Positions 52,535 to 64,000 of a stretch of 64,000 nucleotides of DNA are shown in pieces. The notes beneath the pieces were generated by a model. It was not told the DNA's origin, did not search any database, and worked only from the letters and a program-made list of their open reading frames with translations. How positions within the stretch are numbered: position 1 is the stretch's first letter; each line of letters opens with the position of its first letter. The DNA is from Eledone cirrhosa (Eukaryota): contig OZ024742.1 in assembly GCA_964016885.1 (NCBI GenBank), positions 230,578,001 to 230,642,000 on the forward strand, given 5' to 3'. Position numbers and translations under genes: made by a program.

Positions 52535-54969
52535 TATTTCTAGGCCGATAAATATAGAATCTAGATTGGATTTTCATGATAGTTAGATTGTCGTACGGGA
52601 TGGTGTGCAGTATCTGGCTCAAATCGGGGCTCCTTCTGCCAGATGTTAAGAACAGTAGATAATATAGGTAATGGAATGACCAACGAAAATATTGTCTACT
52701 TAGATTCGCTTGATGATCGGCTCTTTTCCTTTATTTTTACTGAAAACATAAAACACTTATAGATATATACATTTTTAAAGGTAACTGTTGTTCAAATAGG
52801 AATTCCCGTAACACATCTATTCATTTTCAAGCGCAGTAATTTCTGACATTTATTGCACAATGTGTATACTATTGATGGGAACAAAATATATTCTTTCATA
52901 TTCAAATAGTGATTGCTTTGGAAAAGAGAATCAAAATACATTTATCATTCCATCTAATTTAGTTATTTTGAATAGAAATGTATTTTTTCCAGTATAATAT
53001 TGAAACAAAATACTATTAAATTACGAATAATTTATTTATCGATCACACTGCCACGATTACGCTTTATAAGCAAATTCGTTTATCCAATTTACTTAAAAGT
53101 TTTGTAATACGGAAGCTTTGAATTCTCAGCTGTTCAACAATGAATCTGTAATAGGTTAAGAGATGATAAGCCTTTAGGCTCGAGAGATGCTTCAATTAAC
53201 TGGTGAGAGTGGGTTCATAAGCAGCGCATCTCCCTGTATAGTTGAAGATGATACTCATTCGCGGATGGAGTCTTAACACCAATGAAAGCATGGTATCCTT
53301 CGTTCGATCCAACGATCTGCTCTTTTCCCTTTCTTTTTATTTTCATCTCATATCTCGCTTAACTAATTTCTACATTGAAGATGATAAAATATGGAGTTAA
53401 CTCTAAATAGTGTTTCAAAAACGAAGGCATAAAGCTGGCAAGCAACATATCACATTAGCATAGCTCTCACACTCAATCATTTGTCGTCTGACGTGCAATG
53501 ATAACATGAATGAAATTACGTGAGAGCTAAATTATTTCAGGATATTCCTAGTGCATAATTTCAGGGCTTCAGGCGTAATTAAGAAATTAGTCATGACGTT
53601 TCTCTAGATGTAATGGTCTTCAACTCGTTTTTCCCCTCTTTATCTGGTATTATGTACTTGTACGTTTTAGTAGCCTTCTAGAATTCTCTCCCAGCTCCTG
53701 TCTTTCCTACAGGAATCGAAGTCCAATAGTTGAAATAAAAGATGTATGGCATCAATATCTCTAGTCTAGGGGAGGCTGTGAAAGCCATGGGTACTGCCTC
53801 CTTTTTCTATATTTACCAAATATTATTTACACATATTCTCATAACGTCTATAATACCATAGTGACGCACATTGAATTCAATGCCTATTCACAATATACAC
53901 AGTACAATGAGAACAAATTATGTAACCTCTTCAATTAAGAAGACATTTATCGCACTTTTTGTTTTTATGCCTCTTCAAAAGGAAGGCAAATTGTGGTTAT
54001 CCTAAGTGTCACTGCAATGATACAACTTTCTATTCATATAATTGTTTTTTGGTGTGAAATAATCATTCTCTCTTAGACCCATAACTCCTGGTTGAGTCGT
54101 AGGAGCGCTGTAATGATATACAAGGTTTCTTGTGTATTTTGTTTACATTTGGCGGAACCCATCCCTCTCCAGATCTGAACACACACGATTTGTTCCAAAG
54201 TAAGAAATGAGAGTAATAGAGAGGATGTGAGAAATTTGATATAGAGAAAGAATCGACCCTATTACTGAAGAAAGCCAAAGTTGACCACGGCAGGGTGCAG
54301 ATAAACGGAATGACTACTGCAGGGTACTCTAACCGACGTTCTAACGACTAACAATTCGCCAGCTCACGTTAAATAATACGACGCCTCATTATCTGTAAAA
54401 ATAAAAGATAAACATTTATGGCCTACATTAGATTCATGTTGTAAAGACGAGATGGACTAAATTATCTCAGGATATTTTTTGCACATAATTATAGGGCTTC
54501 AAGCTTAATTAACAAATTAGTCGTGACGTGTCTCTGTGTGTTATAGGGACTTCAGTGTATGTATGCTTGTTGTTTTGCTTTCTTTTTTTCCACTTTCGTT
54601 CATTATTTGGTATTATGTGGTTTGCGTTGCGTTTTAGTGAGTGGCGCTTTCGTTTCTTTCTACACTACTGATTACACATGTCTGCAATGAATGTCACTTG
54701 AGATCTTGCCTAGATCATTAATTATGATACGATGATGTTGACACATTCATTCTAGAGAGTTTATTTTCCTGTCTATTCGATTCTATAATTTTTCTTTCAT
54801 TGGTCATTACATGTTTGAGGCAAATTTGTTTTTCTAAACTTTGGCATTGCTACTATTTTTTTCCCACTATACACAAAAGAAATACCTTTCAGTTATTCTA
54901 ATTTAATGGTTATCAACCCTTTGCCCCCCCCCCCCTCTATCTATCTATATATCTACCTATCTATTAAAA

Positions 54970-55440
54970 ACGAAAGAGAGGTGGTTTTCATCTGTACAGT
55001 GGCTATGGTGAAAGAGGTTATATGGTGGACGAGATTGAGAGGACTGAGAAAAGATGCCTTTCTCTCCGGACAACAATTGATTCTCTTCTTTAAGTATCAC
55101 TTTAGAAGGAGAATCAGAGTGGAGAGAGAGGCACTGCACCCCAGTAAATTTCCTGAAGGGTGGGTGAATGAAGCGAAAATGGCCCGAGTGATTAGGCCAG
55201 TTTATAAGCCTGTAAGTTAAAGAAGAGAGCAAAGGGAAGAAGAGAGCACTTGCACAACACGCTCCTGAAGTTGAGGGTTGTTCTATCGACGGTGTATGCT
55301 TTGTGGCGCTTCCCTCCTATTGGGGATTTAGATTGTTATAATTGTTTGTTTCAATATTTTTACACGACTGTATGTAAAATCCCAGGCATGTGTCTTTGTA
55401 TTGCCCCCTTTTTTGTGCGCCCTTGTGGCAAATAAAGAAA
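54970..55440 (+). mobile_element. L1/Tx1-like LINE 3' fragment
   Basis: REVVFICTVAMVKEVIWWTRL...FRRRIRVERE...KFPEGWV fits the K..IW..R ... F...W ORF2 C-terminus; 3'UTR ends AATAAAGAAA; (TCTA)n on both sides. Confidence 0.65.
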
Positions 55441-55767
55441 TATATCTATTTCTATCTATCTATCTATCTATCTATCTATGTATCTCTTTCTCTCTATCTC
55501 CATCTTTCCCTCACACAATCATTCCCTCCCACTTGTTTATGCTAATGCCAATCGCCTACATTTTGTTTAACAATTTTCTATACTCCTTTTCTTTCTTTCT
55601 CTCTGCCTTTCATTCCCTCACTCACTCTCGCTCTCTCTATCACGCACACTTTCTTTACAAATTCACAATTTCTCATTTCTATTCTCTCTCTCTCTCTAGA
55701 TATATACATATATATATGTGTGTGTCTGTGTGTGTACACACATATGTATATATATATATACATATAT

Positions 55768-55960
55768 AGTTTTAATATAGATGAGATTCTACAGGACTAG
55801 AACTGTTTCATTCTTTAGAAATCATCAGATTCCTGATGATTTCTAAAGAATGAAACAGTTCTAGTCCTGTAGAATCTCATCTATATTAAAACTTTTATAC
55901 TCTGCTATGTATTGAGTACCTTACTTACTGTGGTTACCTCCGATTCAACCCGGAATAACG
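55768..55960 (+). mobile_element. PLE-terminal family B fold-back (61-bp arms) plus tail
   Basis: 55768-55828 is the reverse complement of 55833-55893; TA-rich microsatellite on both flanks. Confidence 0.85.
55827..55877 (+). ncRNA. Minimal type I hammerhead ribozyme, family B, intact core
   Basis: AGATTC-CTGATGA-TTTCTAAAGAAT-GAAA-CAG-TTCTAGTC-CTG-TA-GAATCT; predicted cleavage after GUA at 55871. Confidence 0.8.
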
Positions 55961-56009
55961 TATATATACATATATATATATGTGAACGTCTTCATTTATT
56001 AATATTTTG

Positions 56010-56051
<42 letters not shown>

Positions 56052-56238
56052 GTAAGTATGTATACGTACATACATATATGTATACAGACGTACAGTAGTA
56101 TATATTCATACTACTGTACGTCTGTATACATATATGTATGTACGTATACATACATACATACTTATATTTAAGTAAGTGCCGTACTAAGAGTGAGAAATGA
56201 AATTTCGTTTCATTCTATTCTATTTATATATATATAAT

Positions 56239-56269
<31 letters not shown>

Positions 56270-56340
56270 GCATGCCTACATATCTATCGATCTAACAGTC
56301 ATCTAACAGTCTCGCTCGCTCGCTTTCTTTCTCTCTCTCT

Positions 56341-56380
<40 letters not shown>

Positions 56381-57369
56381 ATAGAAAGAAATGGAGAGAG
56401 AGAGGGGGGGGGGGGGTAAGCTTTTGAAAAGAAGTAACTTGGGCTATTTTCACCCAGTAAAATTTTCCTGAATTATAAACAAAAAAACAACGGTTTTACA
56501 AAGCATTGGAAAAGTTTGAATTTTGAAAATATATTACCTTATTGTCCATTTATTTCATCTCTAGGGATTTGTATGCCCAAATATTTTGACTGTTCTATGG
56601 TCAAAGCTGCGTTGTAGCATTTTAAAATAACTTATCCTCTTTCAACACACATACAAACATACACATACTCACAAACACACACTCCCCCACCCCCACCCCC
56701 ACACATACACATACACACGCATACACATATACACACTCGCACACATAACGAGGGAGCATGTTTTTCTTTTAAACATGCTATATGTAAAACAAGACTACTC
56801 CAGTTTGCTCATTTTTATTAAGGAATATTTTCTATTCCTTATTCATTCTTTATACTTAGTTTGGAACAATAGCGTTCCTACATCTGCAGAGAGATGTGTG
56901 CATGTATTACGTGTATATATATATATATATATAAATACACACTATGTCAGTGTATCTCTGCCTCCTCTCTACCTGTCTCACTCTCCTCATCCCCCTCTCT
57001 TTCTCTTCACCTCCTCTCTCTCTCTTACGCTGTCGTATCACTTGGCATTTCGTTCTACATTCCTTTGTGTATACTTTTCAACTGCTTTATATATCATTCC
57101 CCACCATCCACCATCTCGCTTTTTTCGCTGCTGCTACTGCTCCTCCCACGCCTCTCTTTACCATATAATATGACAAGATTATCAAGGTTTAAGTATCTCT
57201 TCATTTCATCGATTTCACGCACCACATGTTTGAATAGTTCAAGAAAATTAGGTGAGGGGGAAATTTAGGTAAGTATAAAACATATAATGAAAGTTACATC
57301 CTTTCTCTGTCTCTCTCTCTCACTCTCTTGTAGTATCTCCTCCCTTCTCTGTACTTGTGTGTATTTTTG

Positions 57370-57404
<35 letters not shown>

Positions 57405-57721
57405 GAACAAACATATATATATATATATAGAAACAAACATATATATATATCACGATAAATTAACGGACCCAGGGACTCTCGTTATTCCCTGTCAGTAATG
57501 TGCTCAAAGGAGAAGGAATCCCGAGCCCTTTATAATACAATATGTAGACAAGATAACACACCAGAGAGAGATATAGTGCGCCATCAGTCAAACAGGGAAA
57601 AAACCACCATTGTATGGAATCTATAGCCCATGGAAGGCAAACTAGACACACAATAATTAAAAGTATAAATCAAAGTGCAAATACGTACCTTGATAAGTAT
57701 CTAACACACACGTACAAATCC

Positions 57722-57781
57722 AACAGGATCTGTTTCACCAACTAATTTGTTGACAGAAATGATTAGCCTATAGTTCATCAG
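57722..57781 (-). ncRNA. Hammerhead core with stems II and III but no adjacent stem I
   Basis: CTGATGA-ACTATAGGCTAAT...ATTAGTTGGT-GAAA-CAG-ATC-CTG-TT. Confidence 0.45.
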
Positions 57782-57885
57782 TGTGTGTAAGGCTATACAT
57801 TTCAGACAACACTAAAAGAATCTAAAGCGACCGTCCAGCCACACGTGGTAGACAGAAATTCACAGCGTGCCTAGGGCAGCAACCA

Positions 57886-57937
<52 letters not shown>

Positions 57938-58066
57938 TGGTATGTATGTGTGACTATATATGTATATATGTTGGTATATATGAGTATGTATCTAAGTGTA
58001 TATGTATATATGTATCTATGTATGAGTATGTATGTTTGTGAATATGTGTTAAAGAAAGACTAAAAT

Positions 58067-58246
58067 AATTGTTTCTAATTTTGGCACAAGGCCAGCAATT
58101 ATCCCATTGCATTACTGGTACTTTATTTTATCGACTCTGTAAGGACCCCCTAAGGCAAAGTTAACGTCGGTGGGATTTGAACTCAGACCGTAAAAGGCCG
58201 TAACTCTATGCTGCAAAGCATGGCGTCCGACCCTCTACCGATAATG
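58067..58246 (-). mobile_element. Main SINE, near full length
   Basis: Consensus match. Confidence 0.88.
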
Positions 58247-58643
58247 AAAGAAGAATTGGTATACGAAAGGAAACAGGTTTTTATTGATGCCTTATTCCTT
58301 TACCGCTTCATTCATTTGACTTTGGCCATGCTGGGGCAATACACAGATGGAATTTTTAGCTGATCATAACAATCCCAGTATTTATCTTTTTTTAAGTCTG
58401 TTACTTATTTTATCTAAGTCTTTTGTCGATCTCGGGGGAAACGGTATACACACACATACATATATATATATGTGTGTGTGTGCGTGTGTGCGTGTGAGCG
58501 TGTGTGTAAGAACTGAATCTTTGTATCTGTGTATATATATATATATGTGTGTGTGTGTAAAAGGTAAACAGAAATAACGACACAATCGGTACAGTATATG
58601 GAAGGGATATATTACGTTAACGTTTGATATAGCAGGAAGAGTG

Positions 58644-58679
58644 TCTTAACGTTTCGGACGCTAGTCCTTCATCAGAAGA
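58644..58679 (-). ncRNA. 36-nt minimal type I hammerhead ribozyme, intact core
   Basis: TCTT-CTGATGA-A-GGAC-TAGC-GTCC-GAAA-CG-TT-AAGA; palindromic ACGT stem III. Confidence 0.8.
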
Positions 58680-58780
58680 AAGAATGAGTAATAAAATAGA
58701 TTGAGGAGACGGGCGGGTTGGAATTGGAAGAAATGTTTTTAGATAAAAATAACAGGTCCATTCATGTTGACATCTCTAAG

Positions 58781-58957
58781 TGTGGTAAGTAACCAGATGG
58801 ACCATAGCGCACCAGAGTACTCAATACTTAGGGTAGTAGAGTGGGTAATGGGAAAATGTTTAACCCCGACGGCAAAGCTCAAGCCATTTCGACGGCTATT
58901 TCTGGACTGAAATAGCCGTCGAAACGACTTGAGCTCTGCCGTCGGGGTTAAACTTTT

Positions 58958-58961
<4 letters not shown>
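58781..58961 (-). mobile_element. PLE-terminal family A, fold-back copy
   Basis: Arms about 58851-58902 and 58909-58959; tail to the left; short arm ends in (TA)n. Confidence 0.8.
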
Positions 58962-58995
<34 letters not shown>

Positions 58996-59093
58996 TGTGT
59001 ATGTAATAAGTATAATCGAAGTTGCAGCTGCAAGTGGCAGATTAGCATTCGATCTCAGAAGACTGTCAAAAAGCACTCGATGATAGAGTAATT

Positions 59094-59258
59094 AATTGTT
59101 TCTACTTTTAGCACAAACCCAGTGCATTACTGGTACTTTATTTTATCGACCCCGTAAGGATGAAAGGCAAAGTTAAGCTCGGCGGGATTTGAACTCGGAA
59201 TGGCAAGGGCCATAACTCTACGCGTTAAATCATGGTGCTTGACCCTCTACCGATACTG
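59094..59258 (-). mobile_element. Main SINE with internal deletion
   Basis: Consensus match. Confidence 0.85.
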
Positions 59259-59368
59259 CTATGAATTTCTCCTCGGCGTGAATACAAGAATTTAGGTAAT
59301 AGTGACACTATGAATAATGCTACCAGGGGCTTGTTGCCACAGTAATAATACAACCAAAAGTACAGAGA

Positions 59369-59457
<89 letters not shown>

Positions 59458-59504
59458 TATTATTCAAAATGTTAATAAATGAAAAATATTCTCATAATCA
59501 AAAT

Positions 59505-59573
59505 ATATATTTTATTATACATATTTCAAAGGTACTGTGGTGTTTAAGTACGTTTTCATCAGACAAAATATAT
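59505..59573 (-). ncRNA. Minimal type I hammerhead ribozyme, family C-like, intact core
   Basis: ATATATTTTGT-CTGATGA-AAACGTACTTAAACACCACAGTACCTTT-GAAA-TATGTA-TA-ATAAAATATAT; 11-bp stem I. Confidence 0.8.
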
Positions 59574-60651
59574 GATTTGATATGTGACATACTGCTACGG
59601 TTTTCATTATTCAATTCCAGTATTGGCAGTATATTGAGAATATTTTTCATTTGTTAACATTTTGAATAATATTAAAAACTCCTGGAAATAAACTGTTGAG
59701 TGCTTCTAATCTATTGTAATATTGTATTCGTATTACTCAACAAATACAATATTACAATAGATTATATATATGACGGACATCCGCACAGTTACCCCTGAAC
59801 CAAATTACATTAGAGTCATTGATGCACGCGAAACTCTAGTAGAATATGTGCTAGACCAAAATTCTACGCAGAGGGAGAAAACGCGAGACCATGAAATTGC
59901 AAAGGGAATTACTTAATCTCACAGGTCATGTTTATTTATAAATATAAACTAGACCACTCGTGACCCGTTGGGTCACGTTCACTACAAAATATTTTTTTTA
60001 AATCATGTTCACTTAAAAATATTTTCTAAATAATTAAAATATACATAGACATATATATAAAGTGAAATGAAACTGAAAGGCCCATATATATATATATACG
60101 TGTGTGTATATATATATATATAAATGTGTGTGTGTGTATACATAGATATATGTATGTGTGTATATATATATGTATATATATATTTATATACATATATATG
60201 TGTGTGAGTGTGGGTATCTGTGATCTATATACACTGATCATAGACACACTCACATATATACACATACATATATACACACACTCACATATATGTATATACA
60301 CAACAACAACCATAGCTCTCTCTTCCATTCTTCTTCTCTGTTCCTTCTTTCTCTCTCTGTGTCTCTCTTTCAATCACTATCTCTTTCTCTCTATCTTTTT
60401 CTCTTTATCTATTCATGAAGGTACGCAAAAACCCCATATCTCGGGAAGAAGTGCTCCGATTTACGCGAATCTTATTTTATTCCATTTCAGGATCAACTTC
60501 CTTTCAAAGTATTTCCCATTATGCACCCATTTTGGCTGTAGTACATTACAGACAAGAAAGCAAGCAATCACAGAGTTTTGGTAGTATATATATATTACAG
60601 AGAATATTAGCGGGATATATTACTGAGAGCAAGACATTATAGTTTAACTAC

Positions 60652-60900
60652 GGGCGGGGAATTGGCAGTATCGGTAGAGAGTCGGACGCCATGCTTTCTA
60701 GCATAGTTACGTCCCTTTACAGTCTAAGTTCAAATCCCGGCGAGGTTAACTTTGCTTTTCATCCTTACGGGGTCGATAAAATAAAGTACCAGTAATGTAC
60801 TGGGATAATTGCTGGCCTTGTGCCTAAAGTAGAAACAATTATATTTTAACTACCAGTAATGCACTGGTTAATTGCTGGCCTTGTGCCTACAGTAGAAACA
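60652..60900 (+). mobile_element. Main SINE (60652-60837) plus second 3' fragment (60853-60900)
   Basis: ATTATAkTTTAACTA at 60636-60650, 60838-60852 and 60901-60915. Confidence 0.9.
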
Positions 60901-61208
60901 ATTATATTTTAACTAGGATTAATACATATATCACTATTCGCTTCATGAATAACGCATGAATTATCCACATAAACTTAAATGAATCTGAACTCTTATTTTA
61001 GTATGTTTCTGTGAGAATATGATTCTTCATCCAATTATCTCAATTTATATGAGAGAGAAATAAGGTGATCGTAAAACTCGGAATATGATCAAATGTTTTT
61101 TGTATTTTTCGCCAATCGATTTTTAATGTCTAGCAGCAAGTCACACAACAGGTGTTGTAGTTAATACTATACAGCGATACATTTAATATAAATTTCACAG
61201 TGCTTTAC

Positions 61209-61265
<57 letters not shown>

Positions 61266-61347
61266 TATAAATATATATATATAGTTATATATATATACTA
61301 TAAGGGAAAGGAACAAGGATTCAGTGTTACATCATAACATATTTAAT

Positions 61348-61426
61348 AACATATTACATATGTTTCACTATCGATCAGCTCAAGTCAAGGCCTATTATAG
61401 ATCGAAAGATCGTAGTCAGATATACT
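61348..61426 (-). ncRNA. Hammerhead ribozyme family F with 3-nt insertion in core
   Basis: AGTATAT-CTGAC[TAC]GA-TCTTTCGATC...GATCGATAGT-GAAA-CATATG-TA-ATATGTT. Confidence 0.6.
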
Positions 61427-61447
61427 TGCTATATGATTTCGTCTCTG

Positions 61448-61528
<81 letters not shown>

Positions 61529-62167
61529 TCATCCATTTGTTTCATCAAATATATATATAATTTACACATAATATCTGCTTAGAAATGAGTACTGCAGTTC
61601 ATGATACCGGTAGGAAGACCAGATGTTGACGTTTTGCTTTTCATTGGCTGTTTCTCAGTTGCCAAAATTTTGTACAATCACACGTTATATTTAGATGCAG
61701 CATGGCGGAGTGGTAAAGGAATTCTTTAACTTATAATGTGTCGGGTTTGATATCACTGCGTGGAATCTTGTGTAAGTGTTTTTTACCATAGCCTCATGTC
61801 AACCAAATTTGTGAGTAAAATGGATAGTGCGTAAAAAGACCGTCAACTGGATTGTATCTATAATCCAATGGGCCAGGCATTTCACATCTTGTCACCCTGA
61901 TTCGGCCTGGGAACTACATTAAGGGAGTCCGTATTTATGTTTGTGAATTACCCAACCACTTACACGTTAATTTACGAGCTGGACATTCTGTTGACAGGGC
62001 ATTTCGAAGATGTCATACAACAGTGTAGTGATTCAATCGTATAGCTAGCTAAATATGAAGTGATTGGAGTGAGCACAGCTAGGCAAGAAATCATTTATAT
62101 TAATAATACATTGCGCTCCCTTCTTACAACGTTTGTAACAAAACTACGAGATAGAATCTATTTACTT

Positions 62168-62362
62168 AATAATTGTTTCTACTTGTTGGCACAAGGCCAG
62201 CAATTATCCCAGTGTATTTATTTTATTTTGCTTTATTTTATCGACCCCGTAAGGATGAAAGGCAAAGTTAACCTCGGCGGGATTTGAACTCAGGACATAA
62301 AAGGCCATAACTCTTTGCTGCAAACCATGGCGTCAGATCCTCTACCGATACTGCCAATCCAC
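62168..62362 (-). mobile_element. Main SINE, near full length
   Basis: Consensus match. Confidence 0.88.
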
Positions 62363-64000
62363 ATACGAACGTGGCTTATTGTTGAGGTACTCGACTCAAG
62401 GTCGAAAAGTTCGAATTCAATAACTGGTGATGCGTTGTATCTTTAAGCAAGGCATTTTATTTCACGGTGTTTGAGTATACTTAGCTGGAAAAAAATTGTT
62501 GTACCTGTAATTCAAAGGGGCTAACCTTGCCATATATTTGTCACGACGAATATCCCAGAAAACTATGTTCAGGGTGCACGTATCTATAGAATTCTCAGGT
62601 ACTTGTATGTTAGTTTCACAAACAAACTGTTCCCTTGGTGGTACAACTGGAACACTCGTCGTTGGAACCGACGGAGGTTCACAACGACAGCAATTCATTG
62701 ATGGGCTTGATCTGCGAGTGTTACATCTACTTAAGCCCATTGTTTACCTATACTTAATGCACAATATTAAATTCCTTTAGGAAAATACGAGTGTGGCACT
62801 ATATACGTACATTAATACCTTTTGTATATGAATATATTTTATAAATCTACATATTGAACATGTTGTTCAAGCTTAATGGAGCACCTTACTTTCTATGATG
62901 CGCCATATATATTCTGTCTTTGTAAAAGTTACAGAGACAATAAAAAGCAACTCGTCCAAATAACACCAATGATCTGCAATATTGCGAGCGATTCGTTTGG
63001 ATTCATATTGCTTTAAAATAGGAAAATAAAACCTCACCTATAAACCTTTTGTGATATTTCTGGTTATAAATTAAAACGTTGGAACAAGCTGTGGAACCTC
63101 CTCAGTTAATAAGACATTTAAAGCATCAAGGAGCATAATGTATATATAAATTATCACTTTTTTGTGATTATATGATGTGAAAGCAGTGATCCAAAATAGA
63201 ATATCCACGCCTTTGGTTTTACATCTTCCGCACAGATTAGCAACAACCACAAAAATTATTTTAAAAAAAAATACTTTTGTATAATACAGATGATATATTG
63301 GTTTGTTTCTTTGTGATATATATGTATGACGTCACATGTTGTAATGCGCAGTATGTGATTTGATTGTCGTTCTAATAATTGTACGGTTGAAACGGTTGTG
63401 AATTGTGAAATAGCTCTTAATTTCATTGTGCACAATTCGAATGATTTCACAGAGACTTATAATAGGCTCTGTTAGATTTCAAAGTAACATTCTATATCAT
63501 GTTCGGAATAAAGGAATAAAGGAATTCAAACCAAAAAACTATAACATAATGTAACATAATGTCACATTACAACCCTTTAAGCGAACTATAACATTTCCAT
63601 GGTCGACTAGTCAGCTACAATATTTAGTATATTAAAAGAATCCTTAATGTAATTATATTTGCGACAGCTTCATGCTAAATCAAACATATATTTTACTATA
63701 TTTTTGCTTGTTTGTGTATGTATGTGTTTTTATGGTCGTTATCAAAGTTGACTTGCTTTATTATTTTCGTTTTTCTTTTTCTTTTTTGTTCCTTTCCATC
63801 GATGCATTTTTATGACACTAGAACTATTTCAATTGGACATTTTCTTGATTATTGGTTTCGTATAATTCCCCAAACCTCGTCCTAATTGTACATCACACTG
63901 AATCAATGAGCATTCCAGTAATCAGTGAAAACCTTGACTGTTGCAGTTTGTAAAGAAGAATTTCAAAATGCATAGCGATAAGTTCAAAGCGGAGTGATCA

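Overview
AT-rich, microsatellite-dense eukaryotic DNA with no intact gene I can support. It is most likely intronic or intergenic cephalopod (Octopus-like) sequence; this is inferred from the SINE families and tail motifs and was not verified by a search. Nearly all ORFs in the track are translations of (TA)n, (CA)n, (TG)n or (GGT)n repeats. Interpretable content: (1) at least 16 young copies of a ~190-bp tRNA-derived SINE, many with clear target-site duplications (TSDs), including three same-site double insertions, a head-to-head pair and a fold-back copy; (2) LINE remnants: an RTE element with a twin-priming 5' inversion, a CR1/L2-like 3' end and an L1/Tx1-like 3' end; (3) Penelope-like element (PLE) RT and GIY-YIG fragments; (4) the main signal, many short PLE-terminal modules sitting in (TA)n tracts. 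These often form perfect fold-back palindromes and carry minimal type I hammerhead ribozymes with self-complementary stem III. One subgroup shares a conserved C.C mismatch at stem II position 4, and several share a downstream ACTC...GAGT hairpin; (5) a 32-bp minisatellite and higher-order microsatellites. All calls were read by eye; no database searches were run.
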